DNA of 64,000 bases, taken from assembly GCA_949358305.1 (NCBI GenBank), contig OX442314.1, forward strand, positions 7,192,001 to 7,256,000. Direction: 5' to 3'. The stretch comes from Strigamia acuminata (lineage: Eukaryota). Shown here piece by piece: positions 22,289 to 43,048 of this stretch (within the stretch, counting starts at the first letter, position 1; each line of letters starts with the position of its first letter). A program made the position numbers and the translations under genes. Under the pieces are notes generated by a model. That model was not told the origin of the DNA, ran no database searches, and saw only the letters and a program-made list of their open reading frames with translations.

Positions 22289-25200
22289 GTAGGTCGGGAA
22301 ATAGAACGCGTTCGTCCCGGCGAATAGTGGCAGCTGGGGTCGTCGAGTGAGTGGCGGCGGCAGCGGCAACCTCGATGACTCGCCCCGAAAATAAAGTCCC
22401 GCGTCGGCATCCCTTCGTGCGTCCTTCGTCCGTCTAATCCTCGCAGCGCGTGCGGTCGCGTGCATTCTACTCGTGTCCGATGTAGCGACCGGTACGAGGT
22501 AAAAAAAATATCACACGAAAAAGAAAGACGATTAAAATTTTAATTCTCCGGTTGTGGAACCGACTTCGCGGTTCGTGCTTTAATCGTTAATTAGATTATC
22601 GTCGTCGCAATTTATCGGAATAAAATTTTTACGGAAAATTGACATTTCCGTATTTCATTTTCATCTTTCGGGGGTCTTGCGCCGTCATAATCGGAGCGAG
22701 TCTCGCTCGATGCGTTCGACGGACTTTGTGGGAGTTTCCAGATCGCCAGCGGAACGAGGGGCCGTGGCTCGTCCGAGCGGCGCAGTACCCGTCGAGTGGC
22801 GCGGTACCCGAGTTCTTGCATCCAACGGTGGACACATCTTTGTCGAGAGCACCTCTCGGTCTCAGACCGGCCTTCGGGCCGGTCAAAAAAAATAAACAAA
22901 TAAATAAATAAATAAATAAATAAACGAGTCGGCGAATAAAGGCGGTTGGGGTCGCTGGACGGTGGCGGTGGTGGTGGCAGCGGCAACCCCGACGACTCGT
23001 CGCAAAAGATAAGCTCCCGCGCCGGCATCCGTTTGCTCGTCTAAACCTCGCAGTGCGCGTGCGGTCGCGTGCATTCTACTCGTGTCCGATGTGGCGATCG
23101 GCATAGATCACCCGAAAAAGGAAAGACGATTAAAATTTTAATTCTCCGGTCGTGGCACCGACTTTGCGGCTCGTGCTTTAACCGTTAATTAGGTTATCTT
23201 CGTCGTAATTCGTTGGAATAAAATTTTTATAGAAAATCAGCCGTTATGCATTTTATTTTCATCTTCCGGGGGTCTCGTGCCGTCGTAGTAGGCGTTAGTT
23301 TCAATCATCGCGTTCTACGGATTTTGAGGGGATCCTCAGATCGAGACCAAAGTGAGAGGGCCGTCGCCCCCGTCTCGTGCGCCGCTCGATCCCCGTTGGA
23401 TGACAAGATGGCATTCGCCTCTCCCACCCGAGGATCGGTCGGTGGTGCGGTATTTATGCTTGTGCACCAAATGGGTGGTCGACAGGTCCCCAATCGGTCT
23501 CGGGCTCAGACTGGCCTTCGGGCCGGTCAAAATAACAAATAAATGAATAAATCGGAAATAGAACGCTCCCGTCCCGGCGAGACTAGGGGCGGGTGGCGTC
23601 GTTGAGCGGCGGCAGCGGCGGCGGTAGCCCCGACGACTCGCCCCGAAAAAAGGCTCCCGCACCGGCATTTCTTCGTCCGTCTAAACCTCGCAGCGCGCGT
23701 GCGGTCGCGTGCATTCTACTCGTGTCCGGTGTGGCGATCGGTACGGGGTAAAAAAAAAATATTACACGCAAAAGGAAAGACGATTAAAATTTTAGTTCTC
23801 CGGTCGTGGAACCGACTTTGCGGTTCGTGCTTTAACCGTTAATTAGGTTATCTTCGTCGCAACTCGTCGTAATAAAAATTTCACAGAAAATCAGCCGTTT
23901 CGTATTTTATTTTCATCTCACGGTGGTCTGGCGCCGTCATAGTCGACGGAAGTCTCTCCGAACACGTTCAACGGGCTTCACGAACGCTTTCAGATCGAAT
24001 GCGGAACTCGGGCCCGCCGCTTGGTCGAGCGGCGCAGTACCCGCCGAGCGGCGTGGTAGCCGGGTTCTCGCGTATGGCGATAGGGGGTCCTTTCTAAACA
24101 AACACCTCTCTCGGTCTCAGACTGGCCTTCGGGTCGGTCAAAATAATAAATAAATGAATCGGAAATAGAACGCACCCGTTCTCGCTCGGTCTACCGGCGA
24201 ATGGGAGCAGTTGGGGCCGTTGAGCGGCGACGACAGCAGCCCTAACGACTCGTCCCGAAAATAAGTTTCCGCACCGACATCCGTTCGCTTATTTAAACCC
24301 CATGACGCGCGCGTGGTTGCCTGCATTTTTCGGCTTGTTTCGACACGTTTCGACGTCGACGCGCGACCGTGAGCAAAGTCCTCAGCAACATATGGACATG
24401 AGTGTGTCTTTGCTCGCGATCTACGCGTTTGAGCGCGTTACGACGCGCGATAATGCACGTGATGCGATGGGGGTGAGCGCGACACGGGCTTTTGGCGCGG
24501 GCGTCGGTAATGATGTCCGTCAACGTGGATGAATGTCCGCGAAGTGTTTGGTGTTTATGGCAACGCACCAGGACGCAATTAACAACCAACAAGAATTAAA
24601 AATATAACTGTTTAACAAAAAGAAACTCCTATAATGTTGAAACAATAAAGAAAACGCAAAATTCAGATTCAAATTTAGATTTGAATTAGGTCAGATTAGG
24701 CCAGGTTGTAGATCCACAGACTCTCGAGACGACAACAAGAAAATAAAAAGGATGCGTTTATCGTTTGTAGGTAGAATCTCGCGCCGAGTTAAATAAAAGT
24801 CTTTAAAAAATAGAAATCGATTTCCCGGTCGTAGAATTAATTTTGTGTCATGTGATCCAGTCATTAATTAGATTTTCGTGGTAGATGTTGCGTGAAACAA
24901 GATCGTGAACGTCTCAATTGGTTTACGATTTAAATTTCATCTCGCAATACACGCTGCACCAACGTAGTCGACGCGAGTTTATATCACTGCACTCGATGGG
25001 TTTTGTGAGCATTTTTAGACCAATCGATCGTACAGCTTGTTTGCTAGTCTTCCTTTCGAGGTCAGTAGTTAACTCTTTGCACTCAATCTGTACGAGTCGC
25101 GGTAGCCGGGTTCTTGCATTCTATGATGCTGTTGGTTCCAACGGCGATACGCGTCTCCCGCCTCTCGGTCTCAGACTGGCCTTCGGGCCGGTCAAAAAAA

Positions 25201-28200
25201 AAGAAAAAAATTAATAAATAGATAAATAAGTCGGGAACAAAACGCATCCATCCCGACGAATAGTGACAGTTGGGCTCGTTGAGCGGCGGCAGCGGCGGCG
25301 GTAGCCCCGACGACTCGCCCCGAAAATAAGCTCCCGCACCGGCATTTCTTCGTCCGTCTAAACCTCGCAGCGCGCGTGCGGTCGCGTGCATTCTACTCGT
25401 GTCCGGTGTGGCGATCGGTACGGGGTAAAAAAAAAAATATTACACGCAAAAGGAAAGACGATTAAAATTTTAATTCTCCGGTCGTGGAACCGACTTTGTG
25501 GTTTGCGTTTTAACCGTTAATTAGGTTATCTTCGTCGCACTTTATCGCAATAAAAATTTTATAGGAAACCCGCCGCTCCGCATTTTATTTTCACCTCCCG
25601 GGGGTCTTGCGCCGTCGTATTCGATGGCAGTCGCCTTCGGTGCGTTCAATTGACCCCGTGAGTGCTTTCGGATCGAGACCGATGTGAGAGGTCGACATTC
25701 ACGCCCCGACGATCGGTGCGGACCACTGGCATTTTTTCACCCATCCGTTTATCGGTCGTCGGTCCGATGCACGCTCCAGCCAGTGATTTTGTCGACGGGT
25801 CTCCGAGAGCGGTCTCGGTCTCAGACTGGCCTTCGGGCCGGTCAAAATAATAAATAAATAAATAAATAAATAAATGGATCGGAAATAGGTCGCACCCGTC
25901 CCGGCGAGAATAAGGGTGGGTGGCGTCGTTGAGCGACGTCAGCGGCAGCGACGTCAGTGGCAGCGACAGCCCCGACGACTAACTCGCCCCGAAAATAAGG
26001 TCCTGCGCCGGCATCCGTTCGTTCGTTCAAACCTCGCAGCGCTCGTGCGGTCGCGTGCATTCTACTCGTGTCCGACGTGGCGATCGGTACGGAGTAAAAA
26101 AAAAAAGATCATCAGAGAAAGGAAGACGATTAAAATTTTAATTCTCCAGTCGTGGCACCGACTTTGCGGTTCGTGCTTTAACCGTTAATTAGGTTATCTT
26201 CGTTGTGGCAGATTCGAATAAAAGTTTTACAAAATAATCGTCGTTTTACATTTTTAAATCATTTCCCAGGGACCGTGTACCGTCGCAGTCGATGCGAGTC
26301 CCGGTCATCGCATCCGATAGACATTGCGGACGTTTTTCAGATCGAGACTGGAGTACCTGTTGAGTACCAAATGGCCGGTCGGTCGTTGGTGTGGTTCCGT
26401 CTCCTAAAATGTTCGTCGCCATTTTCTGTTGGTCGAGTCGCCTATCATCCAATGGTCGGTCGGTGGGTCTCGGTCTCAGACTGGCCTTCGGGCCGGTCAA
26501 AATAACAAATAAATGAATAAATCGGAAATAGAACGTCCCCGTCCCGGCCAGAATAGGGGCAGGTGGTGTCGTTGAGCGGCGTCAGCGGCAGCGACAGCCC
26601 GGACGAATCGCCCCGAAAATAAGGTCCTGCGCTGGCATCCGTTTGTTCGTTCAAACCTCGCAGCGCTCGTGCGGTCGCGTGCATTCTACTCGTGTCCGAC
26701 GTGGCGATCGGTACGGAGTAAAAAAAAAAAAGATCATCAGAGAAAGGAAGACGATTAAAATTTTAATTCTCCGGTCGTGGCACCGACTTTGCGGTTCGTA
26801 CTTTAACCGTTAATTAGGTTATCTTCGTCGTAATTCGTTGGAATAAAAATTTTATAGAAAATGAGCCGTTTCGTATTTTATTTTCATCTTCCGGGGGTCT
26901 CGCGCCGTCGTTGTGGACGGGAGTCTTCCCGAACACGTTCGATGGGTTTTGCCAACACTTTCAGATCGAACTCGGGACTCGGGCCCGCCGCTCGGTCGAG
27001 CGGCGCACAGTACCCGCCGAGCGGCGCGGTATCCGATATAAAAGGACCCTTGCTTCGCCACGGTCTCAGACTGGCCTTCGGGCCGGTCAAAATAATAAAT
27101 AAATAAATAAATAAATAAGTCCGAAAATGGAACGTATCCGTCCCGACGAATAGATGCGGTTGGGGTCGTTGAGCGACAGCGGCGGCAGCGGCAGCCCCGA
27201 CGACTCGCCCCGAAAATAAGCTCCCTTACCGGCATTCCTTCGACCGTCTAAACCTCGCAGCATGCGTGCGGTCGCGTGCATTCTACTCGTGTCCGATGTG
27301 GCGATCGGTACGAGGTAAAAAAAATATCACACGAAAAAAGAAAGACGATTAAAATTTTAATTCTTCGGTCGTGGGACCGACTTTGCGGTCCGTGCTTTAA
27401 CCGTTAATTAGGTTATCTTCGTCGTAATTCGTTGGAATAAAAATTTTATAGAAAATGAGCCGTTTCGTATTTTATTTTCATCTTCCGGGGGTCTCGCGCC
27501 GTCGTTGTGGACGGGAGTCTTCCCGAACACGTTCGATGGGTTTTGCCAACACTTTCAGATCGAACTCGGGACTCGGGCCCGCCGCTCGGTCGAGCGGCGC
27601 ACAGTACCCGCCGAGCGGCGCGGTATCCGATATAAAAGGACCCTTGCTTCGCCACGGTCTCAGACTGGCCTTCGGGCCGGTCAAAATAATAAATAAATAA
27701 ATAAATAAATAAGTCCGAAAATGGAACGTATCCGTCCCGACGAATAGATGCGGTTGGGGTCGTTGAGCGACAGCGGCGGCAGCGGCAGCCCCGACGACTC
27801 GCCCCGAAAATAAGCTTCCTTACCGGCATTCCTTCGACCGTCTAAACCTCGCAGCATGCGTGCGGTCGCGTGCATTCTACTCGTGTCCGATGTGGCGATC
27901 GGTACGAGGTAAAAAAAATATCACACGAAAAAAGAAAGACGATTAAAATTTTAATTCTTCGGTCGTGGGACCGACTTTGCGGTCCGTGCTTTAACCGTTA
28001 ATTAGGTTATCTTCGTCGTAATTCGTTGGAATAAAAATTTTATAGAAAATGAGCCGTTTCGTATTTTATTTTCATCTTCCGGGGGTCTCGCGCCGTCGTT
28101 GTGGACGGGAGTCTTCCCGAACACGTTCGATGGGTTTTGCCAACACTTTCAGATCGAACTCGGGACTCGGGCCCGCCGCTCGGTCGAGCGGCGCACAGTA

Positions 28201-28300
28201 CCCGCCGAGCGGCGCGGTATTTGATACCCGTCTCTGTAAAAGCAGCCGTGCTTTTTCGGTCTCAGGCTGGCCTTCGGGCCGGTCAAAATAATAAATAAAT
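21280..28300 (+). repeat. Eleven-unit ~0.6-kb diverged tandem array, each unit with a conserved cUUCGg hairpin (candidate ncRNA genes)
   Basis: GACTGGCC-TTCG-GGCCGGTC-AAAA at 21595, 22186, 22865, 23509, 24120, 25174, 25824, 26479, 27069, 27663 and 28265. Conserved flanking blocks; the segment just 5' of GGTCTCA differs between units. Confidence 0.9.
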
Positions 28301-29532
28301 AAGTCGAGAATGGGCCACCGCCGGCCGGTGGGGCCAATCGTCGCGGGTGGGTGGGGCAGGCAGCCAACCGTCCACCGATCGATCGATCGATTGATTGATC
28401 GACCGACCAATCAATCGGTTTTCAGATTTCGGGTTTTCACGGGTCCCAGGTTTTTCAGGTTTTTCAGATTTTTCAGATTTCAGATTTCAGATTTCAGATT
28501 TCAGATTTCACATCGAATAATGTACGGAGTCTCTTCGGTGCCATTCTCATTTTGACCGTTAAGGACAGACAGACTGCTCCTCGACCAGGACCGACTAATG
28601 CGACAACTAGACCCGTCGCCCGTCGCGCGAGCCCGCCTCATTTTTTTCGCTCGTTTATTCACGCTTAGTTTTAAGAAAAATTTTCAAATTTTACAAATGT
28701 ACACAAATAAAAAGACCGTTTACTTTTCGCTCCAATTGTTTATTCTTTATACGCCTTTACAACTCTTACGAGAAGATAAATAGAAAGCGAGAAAATATAA
28801 TCGATCAACCACGCCGTCGGCGCCTAACCCGAACCCGTAGTCCCCGCTTCGTTCTTCTCCTCCCCGTTCACGGGACGGGCCGAACACCGAACACCGAGCG
28901 CCGAGCGCTGCGCGGGCACCTGGTGGCGCAACCGGGCAACATGACGCGGCACGATTCAAAACGCCGATCGTTTATTCGTTTCATTTTATTTTGTTTCGTT
29001 TCGTTTCATTTTATTGTTTCACTTTGTTTTATTTTGTTTCATTTTTTCTTTTTAATTCGCATCGCCGAGCGTCGCGTCGCAGCGCCGTGACATCGAGGTG
29101 AACAGCGGATCAAGCTTTTTCCCGCCATTGTTGTGCCCTTCTCCTTCTTCGCGACGCACACGCGTACATATATCGGTTCGCTGGACTCCGTAGAGTGGGA
29201 AAAACAAACAAACAAACAAACAAAAAAAAAACGAACAAACGAGTAAGTAAGGCTATCCAATCGCATTATTTCTTAAAAAAAAAACAAACAAACGAGAGAA
29301 GAAACGGAACGGGCGAATAAAAACGGCGTGCCATGCGGGACAGCGTGCGTGAGCACGGAGGAGGGGGGAAACCCCGTCGATATCAAACGACTAGATTCAA
29401 CGTTGGTTTTGTGGTTACTACTCGCGGCGCTATTATTTGTCCGTCCGTTCGTCCGTTAATCGGTCTAATGAATTAACCAATTAATTGATTAAACGACCAA
29501 TTCGTTTATAAGTAGGCGATTGATCGACGAAA

Positions 29533-33111
<3,579 letters not shown>

Positions 33112-33369
33112 GCGAGCGAGCGAGCGAGCGAGCGACCGACCGACTTAGAACGACCGACCGACCGACCGACCAACCGACTTAGAACGAACGACCGACCAAC
33201 CGACTTAGAACGACCGACCGACCGATTGACCGACCGACCGACCGACCGACTTAGAATGACGCGAGCTGGACAGGCAGACAGCGAGCGAGCGAGGTGGACG
33301 ACCGAACGCGCGAGCGACATCGACGACGTCGTCCGCGACCTATTTATTTATTTTTTTTATTTATTTTTT

Positions 33370-33448
<79 letters not shown>

Positions 33449-33783
33449 TTTTTCTCCATTCGTTCATTCATTCGTTCACCCATTCATTTATTTATTTGTT
33501 TATGTATACATACATACATACATATACACATGTATATATATACATTTTGTTGTTGTGTTATCTGCTCTCTCGAATAAATCAGCGAGTAAACCACACGCCT
33601 CGCCTCTCTCTCTCTTCATTTCTTCTCAAAAACGTTCAAATCAACCTACGAGGTTGAAACAAACAAAAAAGAAAGAAACCCGAAGTAAAGTAAAGTAAAG
33701 TAAAGTAAAGTAAAGTAAAGTAGAGTAGAGTAGAGTAGAGTAGAGTAGAGTAGAGTAGAGTAGAGTAGAGTAAAATAGAGCAC

Positions 33784-35383
33784 TCGAACCGAAAGCGACG
33801 AAATTCCAGACGACCACGAAGACGCTTTATCTTCGGCCCCGGGTGGCCGAGCGGGCAGGGTGACCTGCCGCACGGAGCTGGTGACCGAAGGTTCGCGTCC
33901 CGCTCCCGCCGACTTTTCGTTTCACCGATCTTCTGGACAATCCTACTTCTATGATTTCTTACAAATGAGTACTTTACTTTATGAACGAATTCTCATGAAT
34001 ACTACTCTCTCGCAAGACCCGCGGGAGGGGGGGTCGAAGGTATCGGCCCTTCTTTATTTTATTTTATTTTATTTTATTTTATTTTATTTTATTTTATTTT
34101 ATTTGATTTGATTTGATTTGATTTGATTTCATTTTATTTTATTTCATTCTTTTTGTTTTTATCCACCCATCTACCTATCAATCTATCCATTTATTCGTTT
34201 ATCTATTTATTTATTTATTTATTTATTTATTTACCGAAGTGAAACAAACATTCGAATCGGAAGCGACGAAATCCTAGACGACCACGAAAACGCTTTAATT
34301 TCGGCCCCGAGTGGCCGAGCGGGCAGGGCGACCTGCCGCACGGAGCTGGTGACCGAGGGTTCGCGTCCCGCTCTCCCCCGACTTTTCGTTGGCAACATTG
34401 AATGATTGATTTGTATTAGTTGGTTTATTATACTGTGACAAGTTCTTGAAAATACTACTCTTCCGCAAGACTCGCGGGAGGGGGGGGTCGAAGGTATCGG
34501 CCCTTCTTTATTTTATTTCATTTTATTTTATTCTATTTTTAATTTTATTTCCACCTACCTATCTACCCGTCTGTTTATTTATTTGTTTATTTATTTGTTT
34601 ATTTATTTATTTATTTATTTATTTATTTCTTTCTTTCTTTCTTTTTTCTTCCTTTCGTCTCTTTTCCTCTCGTTCGTTCGGCCAAAATGAAACGAATACT
34701 CGAATCGGAAGCGACGAAATTCTAGACGACCACGAGGACGCTTTATCTTCGGCCCCGGGTGGCCGAGCGAGTAGAGTGACCTACCGCACGGAGCTGGTGA
34801 CCGAGAGTTCGAGTCCCGCTCTCCCGACTTTCCGTTTCTCCGAAATTATTCGGTAACATCTCTTTCTTTCTTCGTAATTACTCGTTATCGTACTAGTGGT
34901 TTATTAATACATTCTCATGGGCAATACTCTCCCGCAAGACCCGCGGGAGGGGGGGTCGAAGGTATCGGCCCTTCTTTATTTTATTTCACTTTATTTTCAT
35001 TATTTTTTTTTTTCTATTTATTTTTTTTATTTCCACCCATTTATCTATTTATTCATTTATTCATTCGCGTCTCTCTTTCGTTCATTTGGCCAAAGTGAAG
35101 TAGAATAGAGTACTCGAATTGGGGCCGACACAATTCCAAGCCACTACGAGGGCGGTTTATCTTCGGCCCCGGGTGGCCGAGCGGGTAGGGTGACCTGCCG
35201 CACGGAGACGTGGACCGAAAGTTCGAGTCCCGCTCCCGCCGACTTTTCATTTCACCGATGTTTTCTCAGAAACCCTTCTTCTATGATTGATTTGTTACAA
35301 ATGAGTACTTTACTAACGCATTCTCATGAATACTACTCTCTCGCAAGACCCGCGGGAGGGGGGGTCGAAGGTATCGGCCCTTC
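33784..35383 (+). ncRNA. Cluster of four tRNA-like Pol III cassettes (tRNA-like parts at 33835, 34303, 34751, 35165), each followed by a variable spacer and a double hairpin
   Basis: A box TGGCCGAGCGG, B box GGTTCGAGTCC, partial cloverleaf and a T run. Downstream CTCYCGC-AAGACCC-GCGGGAG and GGGGTCGA-AGGTA-TCGGCCCT hairpins, then a T-rich tract. Confidence 0.75.
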
Positions 35384-35843
35384 TTTATTTTATTCGACCT
35401 CCCTCCTCTCGTTCTTTTATTTTATTTCATTCCACTTTTTTATTTTATTTATTTTTTTTACTTATTTCTTTCCATTCTTCTCTCTTTTTATTCATTCATT
35501 CATTCATTCATTCATTCATTCATTCATTTATTTGGTTCGTTTTGTTTTTATAAATACAGTCCGCGTCGTCAGGTGCCGCTCTACAGAGTTTGCGCCGCAG
35601 CAAAACAACACCCATTCCTACCTTTGACCCCGCTCGACGGCGTCATTCAATCCGCACGCACCATCGTCGAAAAAGAAAGAAAAAGAAACGAGAAACGAGA
35701 AATAAACCAATAAAGAAAGACGAGCCAGCCGACCGACCAACTTTCCCGGTTCGTGTTTATTAATTTATTAATCAATTAATTGATTAATTGATTGGTTGGC
35801 TAAACGACCGTTTCGTCCGTTCGTTCGTTCGTTCGTTTAAGCC

Positions 35844-38293
<2,450 letters not shown>

Positions 38294-38621
38294 CCGCGAC
38301 GTTTCCACGACCGAGCGCGCGCCGACGCTCGGGCGGCCAACCGGCCGGTTAATTTTGTTTTATTTCATTCCTCCATTTGCCAGAACGCGGCGGAGTAGTT
38401 TTGTTTGTTTTGCTTATTTATTTATTTATTCATTTATTCCATTTTTTTTGTAAGTTAATTTTATTATTTATTAACAAAGGCAACAATGACGACGTATTGT
38501 CGATGCCGACAAAGAAAAAGAAAAAAAAGAAAACAAACGAACAAATCAATAAAAACGAACAAAAACAGACAAGTGAAACGAAAACGTGTGAATTAATTAG
38601 CTCGATCGGCCAACCAATCAA

Positions 38622-40239
<1,618 letters not shown>

Positions 40240-40519
40240 CCGTAAAAAAAAAAAAATGGCGTCGGAGAAAAAAAAAACCTATGGCGTGGTCGGAATGCGA
40301 CTGTCTGTCTGCCTGCCTGTCAGTCCGTCAGCCAGCCAGTCAGCTGACGACACGAAAAAAATAAAAAAAAAATGAACAAACAAACAAACAAACAAATAAA
40401 TAATAGTAATAATAATAATAATTATTATTAAACAAAAAATAATTAATAACCGGTAACTAATTAACGACGATTAACAACGGCGAGAATGAATGGTAACGAC
40501 GGCGAACGTTGTCGTTGAA

Positions 40520-41719
40520 ATTGGCGGCGCTTTATCATCGGCCCCGAGTGGCCGAGCGGGCAGGGTGACCTGCCGCACGGAGCTGGTGACCGAGGGTTCG
40601 AGTCCCGCTTCCCGCCGATTTTTCATTTCTGGCAAAAACTGTATTGTCAAACAAATACGCATTCCTGGGGTTTCGATTGATATTGCCCCGTTCCAGTTCG
40701 TTCGTCCATACTTATTAGTTCTCTTCAGATGGTGATGATGAACACTCTCCCGCGGGGTTGCGGGAGGGTGGGGGGGGAGTCGAAAGATTCGGCTCTCCTT
40801 TTATTTATTTATTTATTTTATTTTATTTTATTTTATTTTTTTCGTTTACATACATATATTTGTTTTTATTTTTATTCTTTTTCTTTTCTTTTCTTTTCTT
40901 TTTTTCCGAGATTCGAACAGAACTGCCGAGTTAAGTTAAGTTGGGCTAAAACAGAAAAGGAAGAAATTCGAAGCGACGGTTCTAGACGGCTACGAGGGCG
41001 GTTTATCTTCGGCCCCGGGTGGCCGAGCGGGCAGGGTGACCTGCCGCACGGAGCTGGTGACCGAGGGTTCGAGTCCCGCTTCCCGCCAATTTTTCATTTC
41101 TGGCAAAAACTGTATCACAGAAACACTCATATCTATCTTAACATTGTCGAGTCTATTGCACGGTTGTGCGCCATTCTTTCTCTTCAGATAGTGAGGCACA
41201 CTCTCTCGCGAGGTTGCGAGAGGGTGGGGGGAAGTCGGAAGATTCGGCTCTCCTTTTGTTTTTATTTTTTTCGTTCATATTTTTGTTTTTATTTCTATTC
41301 TTTTTCTCTTCTCTTCTCTTCTTTTCTTTTTTTCTCTTTTCTTTTTTTTTTTGTTTTTTCCTCCCCGAGATTCGAACGGGGCTGCCGAGTCGAGTTGGGT
41401 TAAAACAGAAAAGGAAGAAATTCGAAGCGACGAAATTCTAGACGGCCACGAGGACGGTTTATCTTCGGGCCCGGGTGGCCGAGCGGGCAGGGTGACCTGC
41501 CGCACGGAGTTGGTGACCGAGAGTTCGAGTCCCGCTCCCGCCGACTTTTCATTTCCGACAAAGCTGTATTGTCAAACACGCATTCCACAGCATTTCAGTT
41601 GATATTGCCAAATATTGTGCCGTTCCAGTTTGGTCTCTTATTATTTCGAGATGGTGATGATGAACACTTTCCCGCGGGGTTGCGAGGGGGTGGGGGAGAG
41701 TCGAAAGATTCGGTTCTCC
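40520..41719 (+). ncRNA. Cluster of three further tRNA-like Pol III cassettes (40540, 41011, 41467) with a variant double hairpin
   Basis: Same tRNA-like head. Hairpins CACTCTCCCGC-GGGGTT-GCGGGAGGGTG and GGGAGTCGA-AAGAT-TCGGCTCTCC followed by TTTT. Confidence 0.75.
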
Positions 41720-43048
41720 TTTTGTTTTTATTTTTATTTTTATTTTTATTTATTTTGTTTTATTTTGTTTTATTTTTTATTTTTTAATTTTCAATTTTAT
41801 TCAATTTTTCTCCCCCCCCCCCGTCGATCATCGTCGCCACCGTCTCGTGTGGCGGTCGGGTGAAAGGAAAAAAAAAAGAAAAAAAAAAAAAAAAAAAAAA
41901 AAGAAAGAAAACCCTTCGCATCACCTTATCCGCGATGTGTCGGGAGGGCGTCTGAGAACCCACTCGCCCATTCTCAGCGGCCGCATTTTCCAATTTTCGC
42001 CACCGGATGTCGCGCTCGCGTCACGCTCGTCCGTATCCCTCTCATCCCCACTCGTTGATCGACCTACTGGCTTCTTCGTCTCCCCTTTCGTCGCTCCTGC
42101 CGAGAAAGGTAAGCGAGATCGTCAATCGGATCGGGTCGGGTCGGACCGAAACCAACTCGACCGATCGACACGCGTCCTCCCGTTTCTCGGCCGCCGACGC
42201 GCGACCGGGATTAATTGATTGGTTTGGTTCGGTTCGGTTCGGTTCGGTTCGGTTCGGTTCGGTTCGGTCCGATCGGCGAATTTTCTCTTTCGTACGTTCG
42301 TTCATTCGTTCGTTCGCTCACCCGTTTGTTTGTTTATTATTTAAATCTAGCCACTCCATTCGTTCGTCCATTTTTTTTTTCCCCGTCAACATCCTCATCG
42401 CCGCCGCCGACATGTCGGGACATCGCCGCGACCACCCTTCGTAAGTTTCGCGACCGTTTAGTTAGTCAGTCAGTCAGTCAGTCAGTCGGTTAGCTAGTTG
42501 GTTAATCGACCAGCCAACCGACCGACTTTCTTTTATCTTTATTTTTTTTTTCTAAGGATTCCACAGCCGCCGCCGCTGCCACGCTCCATGGTCGAGTGGA
42601 ACCTGGGCGCGGGACGGGGCAGGGCGTCCCGATGGGCCGGTCGCGCGGCCCGCGGCTACCCGTGAGTACCGTGATCGATCAATTACTTGATTTATTTATT
42701 TATTTTAATTTCTTTTGGTTTTTTTTTTTTTTTTTTTTTTTTAGAATTCCACCGCCACCCATCACGCCGGACATGGAGGTGATCGGCGCGGCGGTGGATG
42801 CGGCCGGTCGCTCCGCCGCGGCGTGCAGGGCGGCCGAGGGCGTCGCCCGCGCCCTCGAGTTTCCCGTTCCAGAGGTGGCCATGGCGGTGGGCACGACGTC
42901 GGTGGTCGTGGCGGCCCGCCTGGCCACGTGGGCGACCCGCGCGGCCTTCAGCTCGGTCGCGGCGGCCGTAGCGGTGGTCGCGGCCACGACGGGCAACGAG
43001 GAGGCGGTCGACGCCGTCGTCACGGCGGCCGGTGCGGTCGGGGCGGCT

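Noticed and set aside
21613..27875. Recurring MHATARALRGLD... minus-strand ORFs
   Set aside because: Frames shift between copies and run into TTTA repeats; the G-U pattern favours a + strand RNA.
15580..28300. CRISPR array interpretation of the two arrays
   Set aside because: Eukaryotic context, no cas genes, units far too long, and the cores in the first array are identical.
40685..40708. Partial complementarity of one insert (GCCCCGTTCCAGTTCGTTCGTCCA) to miR-184, plus scattered miR-1/miR-277 seed matches
   Set aside because: Judged from memory of the miRNA sequences, needs a bulge and a wobble, and is not kept in the sister cassette. A shuffled-control RNAhybrid test is required before claiming a sponge.
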